This document shows, piece by piece, positions 48,355-62,406 of a DNA stretch of 64,000 nt. Both the position numbers and the translations under genes were made by a program. This DNA comes from Hydrurus foetidus (Eukaryota): the NCBI GenBank assembly GCA_900617105.1, contig UYFQ01000685.1:124001-188000 (forward strand). The letters are read 5' to 3'. Position 1 is the stretch's first letter; each line of letters starts with the position of its first letter. Under the pieces are notes generated by a model, which ran no database searches, had not been told where the DNA came from, and worked only from the letters and a program-made list of their open reading frames with translations.

Positions 48355-49021
48355 AATGACTGAACTAAATGTTCTATTTTTGCGGAGATTTACAAATAGA
48401 AGCGCATTCGCTTCATACATATTAATTAGTCTTTTGAAATCTAGATAGCGATCTTAATTCAAGATTAACACTGTGCAATTAGCAACAATCAACAAACTCT
48501 CTCCTATAATCAACGAGATCTCTCTAACAGATTTGAGGCCGCACGCTGTTTTCTCTCATTAAACTCAATGACAACTCTCTTTTCCACTTTATTCATCCCA
48601 ATCAGCTTTGCACATAGACAGCTACCTCATTTATTATTTTGTAGCGATATTATTAATTCCATGGTTAACTCTGAATATTGTAGGCTTCTTCAACTTATGC
48701 GAACTCGACTCATGTGAACCAAAAGTCTCTGATGTATGTCCTCTCAGTAACACGATTACATTTGTGCTAATTTGACCTATTAAATGAACGTATTTGTCGC
48801 ATTATTTGTGTTGAGACAGAAATTTCTGACAGACAGGCAGGAGGAGGCTGGGTCAAAAAATTTAGTGTCGCATGAAAACTGCGTTCACCGAAAAAGTGTA
48901 AGCTCCTCCAAGTCTATCACATCATGGAATGCATGAAATTTGAAGTCATAATCATACCTGTCACGCGACAAGGGATATTAAACTCTGAAGTTAATACGTA
49001 TTCGTAGTAGCACAGCTAATC

Positions 49022-52000
49022 ATGAACAGTGAGAATCAAGAAGGACCTGCGAGAAATATTCTGTTGGAAAATGAGGTACCAATGACTCCAGATGATCCGA
49101 TTCAAGTCATTGAGGTTGTTCATCGCGCATCAGATACAGCCATGATTCAAATTGTCAGAAAGAGATCGACAGCTGACACCATCAGAAAGGCATCTGAGCC
49201 TCGTATTCTGAGTCAAGGCGACTTGCGTATGGTCGATCACCTGATCAAGAAAAGTTTGCTTGACAAAAGTGATCATGACAAGGCGAATCATAAATGCATA
49301 ATTCCATCTGAAGAGGATATCGACAGAGACCCCCTTGACATGGATGACAAATTTGAATACTCTCATGGGCTAACGACAGTAGAATCGGAGAAGCGCTTAC
49401 TCATTCACGGCCCCAATTGCTTGCCAGAAAAAATCATCCCCAAATGGTACATCTTCGTATCGCAATTGTGGGAGCCAATGCCAATCATGATCTGGATGGC
49501 CGCTATCATCGAAGCTGGCATACAAAATTTTATCGATATGGCAATTCTGCTGCTTATTCAATTTGCAAACGCCTCCATCGGGTTCTATGAGATCGTGAAG
49601 GCTGGTGACGCAGTAGCTGCTCTGAAGGCTTCCCTGAAACCGAGCGCCACCGTCAAGCGTGATGGTGTATGGCAAAATATCAATGCAACGCTTGTCGTCC
49701 CTGGCGATCTCGTTCTTCTAGCGTGTGGATCGGCTGTCCCAGCAGATTGCCGCATTAATGAGGGTCAGGTGGACATCGACCAGTCCGGTCTGACTGGTGA
49801 GTCACTGCCCGTCACCATGTATAAGGGCGACTCATGTAAGATGGGATCTACGGTGGTTAGAGGCGAAGTCGAAGGTACTGTGGAGTACACTGGAGCCAAC
49901 ACGTAAGATCGATATTGCGTAACCTGATGTAGGGGTAGGGTAGGGCTGGATTGCCCATCTAATATTATCAATGTGACAACATCTACTTTACCCACTTATG
50001 ACAAACAGATTTTTCGGAAAGACAGCAGCTCTATTGGGTGCAACAAATGAGCACAGCAATTTGCAAAAAATTCTGATCAAGATCATGATCGCACTAGTGG
50101 TAGTCTCCACAATACTCTGCCTCATAGTGTTCATCTACCTCATTCAGAAAACTCCTGTGGTGGTGGCACTATCCTTCACAGTCGTTTTGATGGTCGCATC
50201 CATCCCACTGGCTATTGAGATTGTCACTACTACTACCCTAGCCCTGGGGTCCAAGGAACTGTCCCACCACGGCGCTATCGTAGCCCGTCTGGCTGCCATA
50301 GAAGATCTGGCAGGCATGGCTATCCTGTGCTCCGACAAGACCGGCACATTAACGATGAACAAAATGGAAATTCAAGAGGACACACCTGTGTATAAGGACG
50401 GTGAAAATCGCTATTCCCTCCTGCGCTATGCGGCAATGGCTGCGAAGTGGAAGGAGCCCCCAAGGGATGCACTGGACACCCTCACCCTCACAGCTGTCGA
50501 CATGGCTTCACTCGACGAAGTGGAGCAGCTCGCATACCTCCCATTCGACCCCGTCGTAAAGCGCACTGAAGGCACCTTAATGGAGAGGAAGACCGGGAAG
50601 GTCTTCAAGGCCACTAAGGGCGCACCACACGTACTTCTTAAGCTGATCGGAAATGATCCTGCAATTGAAGAGGCTGTTGAGAGAGACGTGCAGTCCCTTG
50701 GAATGAGAGGCATACGCTGTCTGGCAGTGGCCAAAACGGATGAAGACGGTGACTGGGAGATGCTAGGACTGTTGACTTTTTTGGACCCCCCTAGACCCGA
50801 CACGAAACAGACCATAGAAGATGCACGGAAGTACGGTGTGGCCGTTAAAATGATTACGGGAGACCACTTGCTTATCGCGAAGGAGACAGCACGTAGACTA
50901 GACATGGGTGAGAACATTAACTCTGCGGAGCATCTTCCTTTACTAGACCCTGAAACGAAGAAAAAGCCGGACAATCTTGGCCGTGACTACGGGGACATGT
51001 GTCTTGGAACAGACGGTTTCGCTCAGGTGTTCCCGGAACATAAGTACCTCATAGTGGAGTGTCTGAGGGAACTTGGGTACAAGGTCGGAATGACCGGGGA
51101 CGGTGTGAATGATGCACCTGCTTTGAAGAGAGCAGACGTGGGTATTGCTGTAGCGGGTGCCACTGATGCGGCAAGGGCAGCTGCTGACATCGTTCTCACA
51201 GAAGATGGACTCTCTACTATCATACATGGAATCCTGATATCACGTTGCATATTCGTGCGTATCAGGAATTTCATCACATACAGAATTGCCGCTACCTTGC
51301 AATTGCTAGTCTTTTTCTTCATAGCTGTATTCGCCTTCAAACCAGATCATTACGAACCACCAGCAGGGACCCCGGGTTTTCCAGATTCCATGGCTTGGCC
51401 GGAATTTTTTCACATGCCGGTGTTAATGCTCATGCTCATCACGCTGCTCAATGATGGTAAGTGATGAGCTGCATTGTGAAAAGTTTTTGCATGTTGTGTG
51501 TCTGTGGTGTAAGTGTGTATGTGAGAATGTGGTGTTGTGACGTTCGTGTATACTAAGAAGTACATCACCTCTGTTGTGTAAGTGCACGCTTCATCCCATC
51601 CCATCTTGCAGTCTGCCCCATAATCACATACACTCACTCACTCACTCACTCACTCACTCTCTCACTCACTCACTCACTCACTCACTCACTCACTCACTCA
51701 CTCACTCACTCACTCACTCACTCACTCACTCACTCACTCACTCACTCACTCACTCACTCACTCACTCACTCACTCACTCACTCACTCACTCACTCACTCA
51801 CAGGTACTCTGATTGCTATTGGATATGACCGTGTAAGTCCAGAGAAGGTTCCTGAGAAATGGAACCTTCCCGTGGTGTTCACCATAGGGTCAGTGCTAGC
51901 CGGTGTAGCGTGTGCTTCATCTATTCTTCTTCTGTGGCTGTCACTTGATAGTTGGAGAGCGGGTAGCGTGTATCAGTATATCGGATTGGGTGGGCTGTCT

Positions 52001-52736
52001 TACGGCCAGATAACAACGTCTATCTATCTAAAGGTCTCTGTCTCAGATTTCTTGACTTTGTTCTCTGCGAGAGGGGGGTCTGACTGGTTTTGGTCCACAC
52101 GCCCTGCCTTCATTCTCTTGATGGCTGCATCAGCCGCATTGACGTGCTCTACTATTCTTGCGTGCGTGTGGCCCAGCAGCACTCCGGATGGCATTTATGC
52201 GCTGGGATTAGTGAGGCGTAAACCGTATGCCCTCTTTTTCTACATTTGGCTGTATTGCATCTTTTGGTGGGTTGTACAGGTACGATTTATCCTATGTTGA
52301 TTTGCCATATCTCGTGTTGTCTTATTTAATTTAATTTAATTTAGTCTTGTTTTTCATTTTTGTTATTCTTTTTTTATTTATTTCTATCAATCGATACGGT
52401 GATTAGGTAGGAGATTGCATAAATACAGCTACCACCGTACGTACACTATTTTAATCATCATGTGCGCGCTGATCACAATTTTTATCATTTTTGCACAGAT
52501 TGCTAACACTAATTCTTAACCCGATAATTAATTTATTACTAATTTATTTTCTTTGTACATAGGATGCGTGCAAAGTTGGTATATTTTATGTGATGAAAAA
52601 GTACAACTGGTTGAGAATCAATGAGACAGGTGCACTAGTCATGCCTGAGTCCGCATTGAAATACATGGCACAAGAGAAAGAAAAAAGGGACGCACAGGCT
52701 AAAAGAGGAACATGTGCATCGAGTAATCATCATTAA
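49022..52736 (+). CDS. Plasma-membrane H+-ATPase (P3A), 4 exons (~49022-49902, 50009-51456, 51804-52279, 52563-52736)
   Basis: DQSGLTGESLPV, CSDKTGTLT, LDPPRPDT, FAQVFPEHK, TGDGVNDAPALK, ITLLNDGTLIAIGYD, IYLKVSVSDFLTLFSAR; GT-AG introns. Confidence 0.96.
51631..51800. repeat. (CACT)n microsatellite inside the ATPase intron, running up to the acceptor
   Basis: About 42 copies ending in cactcacag. Confidence 0.95.
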
Positions 52737-53613
52737 CAATAAGTTACATTTAACGTGAAAAATAGAATAAATGTGAAAATCATCTTCAGATAGAAGAACA
52801 GATTCGAGAATTCAAATGTAAATTTTTGTGTGAAAATTTTGAACCTAGTATAAGAACGGTCGTAACTCGCCATTTTACAAAATAAAATTCGGTAACGTAG
52901 TCGAATCTCACAGGATGATTAAAATTAAATGGAAACTTAGGTAAAAGAGACCAAAAAAAGATTTCGAATGAAACCTGATATTTACTTACACTATTACTTT
53001 TGCTTTTTGCTACCTCAATTGACGATATCGCGTAAACGTCAATATGTGGAAATAATTCTTCGATATAGAATTCGAATTTAATATAAATCCTGATTTACAG
53101 TAAACTAGAAGCGCTTGGTATACAGTATACACACATACTAACATAATGCAATTAAGATAAAGTTGGGATCAACGTGTCTGAAATAGCATGTTGATTTGAA
53201 TAGAAGTGTGCACCTATACTCATTTCTTCTCATTTTTTCGAGAACTACTATTTCAGTAACTGTGCATAATCTTTCATCATGTTCTTACCTCTAGTTCGTG
53301 ATAATTTTATCACATCATACATAAGTATTAATAACACTTTCAGATATTCCCTCCCGAAATCGTCAATTTTTATTCCAACATTGAGCGACCGGCAACATAC
53401 CATTACACAACTGAGTGATGCAAAAAAAGAAGGGTGCACTTCAAAATCCTGTCAGTATTGCATGAAAATTTGTATGTGCGAGAGTCAGTGTGCAGAGCCC
53501 CCAATCTACACAAATACTATCCGATTTTTTCGGGAACCAAAAGAAAATTCAGATCGACAGACTGTGACTTTTCTTTTTTACAGTGTTCAACGTAATGTTG
53601 AAATAAAATTACA

Positions 53614-56600
53614 TTAAATAACCACGAGCTGTTTGTGACCTCCAGGAGCTTGTGATGCTGAAGAAGAAAAAGAATCGCTCGAAGCGCTCTGCATCGGCAG
53701 TTTTGGATACACTCTTTTGTACAGTATGAGCATGACAGTATCGTTCTGTTTAATTGGAGCACTAAATGCCGCTTTGAGTAGGCCGTGGGTGCCTACTGGT
53801 TCTTTGATGTGTCCTCGCAGCCCATGCTTCGTGACCTTACAAAAGAGGATAGGTAATCATTGAAGACGTGATGTGTCAGAAAGAATAGGAGAATTGTAAG
53901 CTAGAGCAGTAGGATAATCTACGAGCATGCGGAGAATAAAAGAGCTTCCAAGAAATTTCATTTGAATTTTCATGCTGAAGTTTCATACGCCATAAAATAA
54001 TTAAAATGATCTCAAAAAACGGAAATTTCTCTTACCATTTCTGCGGGTTTAAACCATCTGACATCCATGGGGTCGTAGAACATGTGTTTCACGACCGCGA
54101 ACTTCTTCCTTACTCTAATAGGATGTCCAGTTAAAATCACCTGTAGATGAAATATGATCAGATTGATGACAGGAGGAGTTAAAAGAAATGACATTTACAG
54201 TTTACGCTAAACAAACTAGTGTCCTAATTAATATCGAAGTCAACATATCATCAAATGTAAAGAACGAAGTGCGCACCTTTTTCAAAATAATTCTGTCTGG
54301 ATCTACGCCACCCAGGCTTCCCGTACCGACTAACGTCATTTGAAATTCTTGTTTCATTCCCAGGGCAAGGCCTCCTTCAGGCAGAGCAATCGGTGTGCGT
54401 TTGAAAACGAGTACTGGACTCGGATGAAAGGTTATTGGAGCATAAATGCTAGCCACGCTGAACCTGTCATTCTGATAAATAATGATGGCACGTATTGTAA
54501 TGACACATTGTGTTGCACAGCTGAGCAGTTGACAGATCAAATCCAAATGTGGGCTGGAATACTCACCAGCCAAAATCTTTCAAACTTGTGCTTTTCACAA
54601 TTCAAATTCGCTTCACTGAATATTGGTCTCGCGGGAAATGTTCTAAATCCGATCTGCATTTATTCACAAGAAGAAGAGGATTCGCGTTAGACTATTGGAG
54701 ATGACAACGAAATAAGATGGCAATGTTCTGAACACGACGTGATAGAAATTTTACACACAGCTTCTTTGGATAAAAAATAAGAAATGAGATAGATGTATAC
54801 AATAAATGATATGCACCTGAAAGAATAATTCTTCTTTTGATTTTATGACAGAAGTGTCTCCTGCGATTTCGTTCCTCTGGACGTTGCAATGCATTATTGA
54901 CAATTTGTTCTCATGTTTCAATAGGGAAAACAGTGCCAAGTATCCCACACTCTCAATCTTTTGAAAGGCAGATTGAACGCCATCAACAGTGAACTCTATT
55001 TCCATCGTGACGAATTGCCCTGTGTGTGGATTTATAGAGGAGTCAACGATGAAAAGAAGTACATGTCAACTACAATATAGCATTCATACGTAAGATCATT
55101 TATCCAATAAGGTATTCAGTATGCATATTTTCGCGCTACGTGATGATGTAGTCAATGCGGCAATTTGTCTATGATACAATGCGCGTAAATCATCTTGTCA
55201 CCTGAGGTGATGACATCGTCTGTCCCGGGTACGAGACATGGCGCGGAGTTGCTCGTACGATTCGTGATCCCCGTACGTACAGTGTGCACACTCATACTGT
55301 CCTCGTCTGCTTCTGCATCGTCCATCGACATTTCACACCCCTAAAGAGAGACGACAAGGAAAAGATGGAAGAGAAGACATATCATCGTTATGCAGGTCAA
55401 TAGAGCAGCATCACAACAAGGCATTGTGAGGACAGAGCACCGATCACACATTACAAAATCTAGACCACGAAACAAAAGCGAACTCAGCCATGGTGTCACA
55501 CACAACATCAATGCATCACAGCATGGTCAGTCAACACACCTCCTCTAGAGATCCCATGGACCCGATGGAAGCCTGGGGTACTCTAGACAACAGAACAGCT
55601 TGCTGCTGCCGACAGTCAAGCATCTTACCCTCCGCTAATATTCTAAGAAAGGAATGCACATAATAGAAGAAGAGGTCAATAACCCACAGTAAAAGATCAA
55701 TTTGATGGGGGTAGAAATGATGAACCGCTGAGTTTTACCTGCGCTGTGCTGATCCGAAGTTCTCAAATTGGAAAATTCTTGCATAGTCTGTGGGAAGATT
55801 TTCCTTGGGATGCCATGGGGACGATCGGAAGGATTGGAGGGCTCTGTACCTTGCAAACCGAAGACGGGCAGTGACGTCAGCAGGCGTGTCTAGCTCATCA
55901 GGAAACTCTTTGTCATCTTTTGCCTGAGCCTGTGTGCGCAGTCTTCTCTTCTCTGCAAGGGCTACTCCAGCTGACTGTTCGACATTCATCTGACCCGCGA
56001 AGGTGACTGTGTTCGCAATACTCCCTTCCATCATTGATGCGTTGTCATTGTCGTCATCATCATTCTCAAAATCGCCCAACATGCTTCCTTCATCAGTCAT
56101 TTTACCGCGTGCATTTTCACCGTCGTCATCCTCCTCATTCTCTTCATCGAATACACCTTGTCCATCTTCGTCAACAAACCAGTCAGCTTGGTATGCAGAC
56201 ATGCCAGCAGGAATCTAAAGTTTCAGAGGAAAAAAAACAGGGTCAACACCTCCTCTCACTTCCTATGCGGCTGGGGAACTCAGATTCTATTATGGATGTC
56301 TCATACGGTTTGAGATAAGTACTTACATTGGTGGGTACTATTCTTCTATTTCTCCCAATAGCTGAGTCGATTGTTTCAGCGGCTGCAGCATCACCTAAAT
56401 TCATCTCAGCTTCTGACGGCCAAGTTTGTTCTCCGGATAAACCGTCTGCTGTCGCCTCTAGAATGAGAGAATCTTGACTGCGAGTGATTGCATATGTTTG
56501 ATAAGTATTTAATAACGATGATGTGAACATGATACGGCAATATATCACCCATCTCTATATTGGCGAGATGAATATTATCGAGTCAGCTTACTTCTCAGCA

Positions 56601-57619
56601 TCTGCAGTAAGAGTTACTGTCGTCCCAGGTCCTTTGGAGTGGACATTCTTGCCTCCGACGCTTATTACCTTAACCCTCCCAGTTCCTACCCCCACAATAT
56701 GTACTAAGCTGTTAATGGGCATCGGTCTACCTCTCAGATATCCTGTCACTCGCACTGTCTCCACTGGCTTCACATCGTCGCTCACCGCCGGTGGGACAAG
56801 CTCACAGCTCTGGCTGAGCATGTATGACCGAATTGATCTCCACCCAATATCCTTCGGACTAATAGAGCAAAGTTGACGGCAGATGTTGGATACGCTGACG
56901 TTTCTGCATGAATCTGACATATCGTTTGAGCTGGAAAACTCGAGCACTTTCACTGATGCTGTCACCTCTGCATCACAAACACGGCCAATCATTTTCCTTC
57001 TCTCAATAAGCGCTTTTCCCGAAAAGTTTTCGAATCCCTGCACACAACACAAAAGGTCAGGACAGCCCTGCGCTTTAACTGCGGATAAACAAATTGCACC
57101 CATGTCAGAAATTATCTCCTCAGACTCTGCGTCAATAGCGAGAATAATAATATCTGCCAACTTCGCAGCGTCCAGCACTGACATCACGTCGAGCTTAGCA
57201 GTTATAAATGTCACATGAGCTTTAAACTGACTGTAGTAAACGCTAGAATTATGTCCCGCATCGCTTGTAGTGGTGGTCCCTTCACGTAAGCACTCCTCAA
57301 GCAAGTTTTGTGGATTTATCTCGCTCGATAGTGGAATGATAGCTACTATTTTAGGGGGACCACGATATGAACCTACTCGCTTCTGCAGTAAAACATTGTC
57401 CCTTTTCTTTTTTCTTAATTGCTGACTTTGGTTGATGCGGTTGAGCCTGTTTGATGTAGACACAGAACCTGATGCATCAGAAGTTACGCTTCCGCTCTTC
57501 TTGTTGCTGCGAGATGCGACTTTTCCTGGACCCAAGGCTCTTTTCTGAGCTCTTTTGCTTGTCACAATGCCTTTGTGACTTTTATTCGTTTGTTTTAATT
57601 TCCCTGAATTGTGCTGCAT
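53614..57619 (-). CDS. TSR1: Pre-rRNA processing / 40S biogenesis factor TSR1, multi-exon
   Basis: MQHNSGKLKQTNKSHK, LDAAKLAD, WRSIRSYML, VTGYLRG, EQTWPSEAEM, FPDELDTP..ARLRFARYRALQSFRSSPWHPKENLPTDYARIFQF, LLKHENKLS, DPDRIILKKVILTGHP, GLRGHIKEPVGTHG..LYKRVYPK. Confidence 0.95.
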
Positions 57620-58687
57620 GACGTCCACGCGACTACTAGGACAGCAGCTGAAATTCAACGAGCTGTGCTTCCACTTCAACAATGTTGGTTGTATCGACAC
57701 GCCCAGTTGGACTGAAGCTATCGTGATATATATACTCCATCCTCAGGATCCATCCATTCGAATGGACAAGACAGAGGGACACACCACACCACTGGACCGC
57801 CAACCAAAATTTCAGACAAGTTTTTTGCAGACACTGTCGATCAAGATACATTTGGGCACAACTGTTGATAGGCTTTACAATTGACTTCAGCTACGGAGCA
57901 TCCAAGCGCTTAAAAGATATGACCAACTTCGAAAACTCTTAAATCTGTTATTAATGGCATTGAATTTCAACTGTTATCGGTCATTTCTGATTACGCAAAT
58001 TCTGATGAAAGGGATACAATCGTTGACTTTTACAATTTGAATGGAATTTTGTTTGGTATAAGTTTCCTTCCAATGCAATTATGATACTGGGATTGTCTTG
58101 AAATTATAGTCACTCCGTAAATAATGGGCGGAGATAAGTGCTTTCAAGTCTACTTTGAGATACTTTTCTAATACATACTTCTAAAATATTCATAGTCCGT
58201 AAAATTCTCAATACTATCTCATGGCAAATTTTGCTTATGAGACTGAAATCACTGGAGACACTGGACATGCTTGTGGGAGAAACGAAATTAAGCTTCATAG
58301 CTGCCAATATTCCGCACGGCATCAGCATATCCTACAGACATCAAATATCATTGATGATCTGTAAACTCATGTATTGGAACACGTTTCAGTATACCGTACA
58401 GCTCAGGGCCCTTGTTATCGAAACGAATATCCGACCCGAACATACATTATACACTCAAAGAAAAAACGCACCCGAATATGCATGTACACCTGTATTCGTC
58501 TATATTCGTTCGTGCTCGAATATAGACCCTATTATCCGCTGCTCCAATATGGGCTTCAGATAATAGGGTCCTACGGCCCTACTCGAATATACGATTTCGC
58601 AGAAATCCGAATAGTATCCGATAATCGGACAATCCGATATTCGGATTTTGAGCTTTCGATAATAATGCACAACACATACGGTATTAC

Positions 58688-61600
58688 TAGGGGTTCTGGC
58701 TAGCTCTTTTTACAGATGTTGGCCCGGGTAGCCGTAAAAATGTCCAAATCTAGCCGGAATTGCTAGCCCAGACATAATTGCTAGCCTAGCCACTAGCCAC
58801 ACACCAGCATTTAGAACCTAGCCAGAAGTCTAGCCAACACACCAAAATAGAGTGAAATCCGTTTAAAATGACCGTCTTTTTCTTAAAAAATAAAAAATAA
58901 GATATGATAACGAAAAGAACTATTTTACTATTCATGCGACATCGTTGACAGCATTCTTCATGGATATCCTTAACTCTTCACTCAACTCCCAATTGTCTCT
59001 TAAAAAAATCAAACAAGAGGCGTTCTCACAATCAAGCTTAGCACGCATTTTTGAAATCGTAAGTCCTGCAACAGAGAATACTCTCTCAGAGGGGGCAGAT
59101 GTGCCTGGGATCGAGAGGATTTTTCTGGCTATTTTGGACAATGTTGGAAAGTTTTTTTCACGATTTTTCCACCAAAGTAAAGGATCGCTAAATTTACCTT
59201 TCTCGCCATTCTCTTGAATCTCTCTCATATCAATTCTCAGTAGCGCTCTATACTCCACAAGTCCTTCATTTACCTTCCTGTGGACTTCATGTAAATTTAT
59301 AGGCGGTATTCCTGGCAACGGCACCTCTTCATCAGCCTCTGCCCATGGATCATCTTCTACATGTAGGATTCGAGCGCCATGTGATACAGCAACATCGGAA
59401 GCTGTTGCATTTGCGTTGTAGCTAGCCACCCATAGATCTATCATAATGTCTTTAATTATTGCCCAGACCTTGTCGCGATCATCAGCGGTAGCTGGTATAC
59501 CTATTGTTTATTGAATAATGAATAAGACACTCAATTGTGCGTTCTTACAAATGATTAATAATCTCACCCACAAGAGTCTTCGTCGTTGGATCTAAGGCCG
59601 CAGCTATCATGGTCTTCAGTTGAAACCCCTTCAGCCTCATATATGGTCCCCCATGTATGTGATCTGTAAAAACAGTACCGGCTTCTCCAGTACCGAACTC
59701 TTCGTCAATTTTTTTCTTGATTTTTTGCAATACCAATGCAGCTGCGGCACTCTTTTGATTGTCGCCGTCAACTTTGATCATGCCAGCTCTGATTTGATTT
59801 ATCATGCCGAATAAGACGTAGTTGAAACAAATTAGCTTTGTATTTGTTGAGGATATAAAAAGTTTGGTATTATTGTACCTGGAATGAGGCTTATGGTAAC
59901 ATACTTTCTGCCCTCCATAATCTGTTGAACATTCTTGAAAGGCGCTAATATGGTACAAATGTCTTCTACAATACTCCACTGTTCACCACTCAAGTTGATC
60001 GCTGATAAAAGTAGGCCCTCTCTGACCATCAAAGGAAAGTATGGTCTGAGATAAAGCATCCTTTCTAACATTGAAAATGTGGACCACCACCTTGTAGCGA
60101 CATCTTGAACGACATCTAGTGGTCGAGGTCGTTGTTTTAAGCGGAGGATTTCTGCAGCTTGGCACGACATGGTAAAGTATCCCGCCAGATCGCGACATTT
60201 CTTCATCGTTCCATCTGACAAGTCACTATCTGGAAATGCTAGTTTTGTGCACAAGTCTAATATAGAAAAGAAAAGAAAAGAAAAGAAAAGAAAAGAAAAG
60301 AAAAGAAAAGAAATTGTTCTACGAACACTGTGTTATCTCCACAATTGCTTCCTGTATGAAGGCAACAAGTGAGTGTAAACGATTTCAAGACCCAATGCTC
60401 GTCTATGAAATGAGCAGTTTGAGCCAAGTAATTCTTTTTAGCAATACTTGTCCAGTGGTCTAAAGTTATTGCCATGTGCTGGCCCTCTAAAGCCTTCCGG
60501 AAGAGAAATTTGATATTTGCCTGCACCTGCAGCAATCTCTTCATGACGCTAAAGCTTGTCAGGATAGGAGACCGACACATCGCTCGAAAATGCTCCCCCT
60601 CTATTGTGTTCAGAGGCTGAAAGGTGTGAACAGCCCACTTCAAGTAACGTTCCTCAAAGTCTGCATGTTTTTTGAAATACGATGTGATGGACTTCCCTTC
60701 CATTTCTTCAACTGCTAAGTCTTTCCTACGTGCAACAATGATTTCGTTGTGATACTGTTTTACGTGTCTCTCTAGACTGTGTTGAGAGGTATAAGAAACA
60801 GCCCACTTTACATTCTTATCCGTTAGCGCTCTTTCGCAACAAATGTCACATGCTGCATGAGAATCCGCCCAAGTAATTATTTCAGGTGTACCTACTTTTA
60901 CTATTATTCTTTTAAAGTGATTCCAAAGCCAAGATCGATTTACTGAAGTGGTCATCACCGTTAAGGGGTAGGTACGAACATCAACAAAAGAATCGGTTGC
61001 AGAATATTTAGGACATTTATTAGATTCCTGTGCAAGGAGATCCAGTACTGTTCTTTTCTTATTTCGCTCGAAAGCGGCTCGACTTTGTGCAGCCGGAGCA
61101 GAAGCGGTGGAGACAGCGATTGCAGTCACAGCCACAGCAGATGAAACTTGATTCGCTCCGGAAGCTGAATTTGATGAGCATGGTGCATTCGGACAGTTAT
61201 GGACATCTACACAGATGATGCACAGCGATTTCTTGCAGTGATAACACTCATCATGGACGTCGCCACGCAACTTGGTACTTCACAAATAAGACCAGGAAAG
61301 TCTGCCATCCCACTTTAACGAAGACCGTTGCAGAATCTGAGTTTTAAATTTTGCCAGCGTTTTATTACAGTCAGTGACTTCATGTTAGATAGATGCAGCA
61401 AATGATTATGCACATTTTCCAGCAATCACTGGTCTCCACTTCACAAAATACACGTCGCAACCTTCGGGAAGCTCTTGAAATTTTGGCTTCGAAATGGACG
61501 ATCCCGACTTCGAAATACGGGCTCTGGAACTATTTTCGACTGTAGATCCAACTGGAGATTCAATTCGACGAGATCTGTGTTAGCTGTGCTTCGAAAGCGA

Positions 61601-62034
61601 TGACGATTCCAGATGTGACTCTTGCAAGCGTAAATTTTGTTACCTATCGGGCACAATGATCACAGAATCTCCGACGAGATGGATGGGACGTCAACTGGAT
61701 GGACGATGAAGGCTTCAGAATTCGGAGATTGATCGCTGTTCTATGAGTTTGATGAGTTGAGTTGTTGATTGTTGAGAGCGAAATGAGTCGCGCGGACAGA
61801 AGGGAAGAAGCGTTTCCAGTCTAAATAGTGTAACCATCATCTAAATGATCTTCAACTTGCCATCTAATCTGCTAGAAGGGCTAGCTTACAAAAGAAAAGC
61901 TAGCCAGCCAGAGAAAAAAAAAGCTAGCCAGCCGGGCTAGCTTGGCTAGGTTTTTCGACAAAATCTAGCCATACATCTAGCCTAGCCACTGGCTAGGGCT
62001 AGGCTAGCAAAATCTACCCTAGCCAGAACCCCTA
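58688..62034 (-). mobile_element. hAT DNA transposon with 8-bp TSD GGTATTAC
   Basis: TIRs tagggttctggctag / ctagccagaaccccta; TSD at 58680-87 and 62035-42; many subterminal CTAGCC repeats; internal hAT transposase. Confidence 0.95.
58932..61308 (-). pseudogene. hAT transposase (BED finger, DDE core, hATC dimerisation domain), intron-containing, apparently internally deleted
   Basis: WLWNHF..CDIC..LERHVKQYH (BED); ITLDHWTS; DVATRWWSTFSMLER; DPLLWWK..FPTLSKIARKILSIPGTSAPSERVFSVAG. The segment with the second catalytic Asp and CxxH was not found near 60260-60340. Confidence 0.9.
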
Positions 62035-62406
62035 GGTATTACAGTACGAACGTTCCCGTGTCCTGTGTGTTGTCGTCCACAAAAAAAATCTAAAATCTGG
62101 GATAAAAATCAACAAACCAACTTTTTTGAATTTTTTCCCCTCTCGGCTTTTTATTTATTTCTATTTTACAAGTAATCGGTGATGTGATTTCGACTTCACA
62201 TGCATATGATGATTACCTTCACTCTCTGTAGTGTTTTAATCATAATAAAGTAGCTAGGTTAAGCATCAGACCCGTCAAAAGTGTCTGCGAAAGCATTTGA
62301 GGAAACCGCTGCCGATAGCGCAGCTTTGGCGGGTGTCTGTGAGGGCTTGATGTGCAGCGGTGAAACTGATAATTATTTCCATCCACAATCCAGGCCACGA
62401 TAGACC

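Noticed and set aside
51574..51828. HSLT-repeat ORF
   Set aside because: Translation of the intronic (CACT)n microsatellite.
58404..58665. Cluster of atccga/cgaata motifs with a weak inverted repeat, possibly an old MITE
   Set aside because: No clear TIR pair or TSD.
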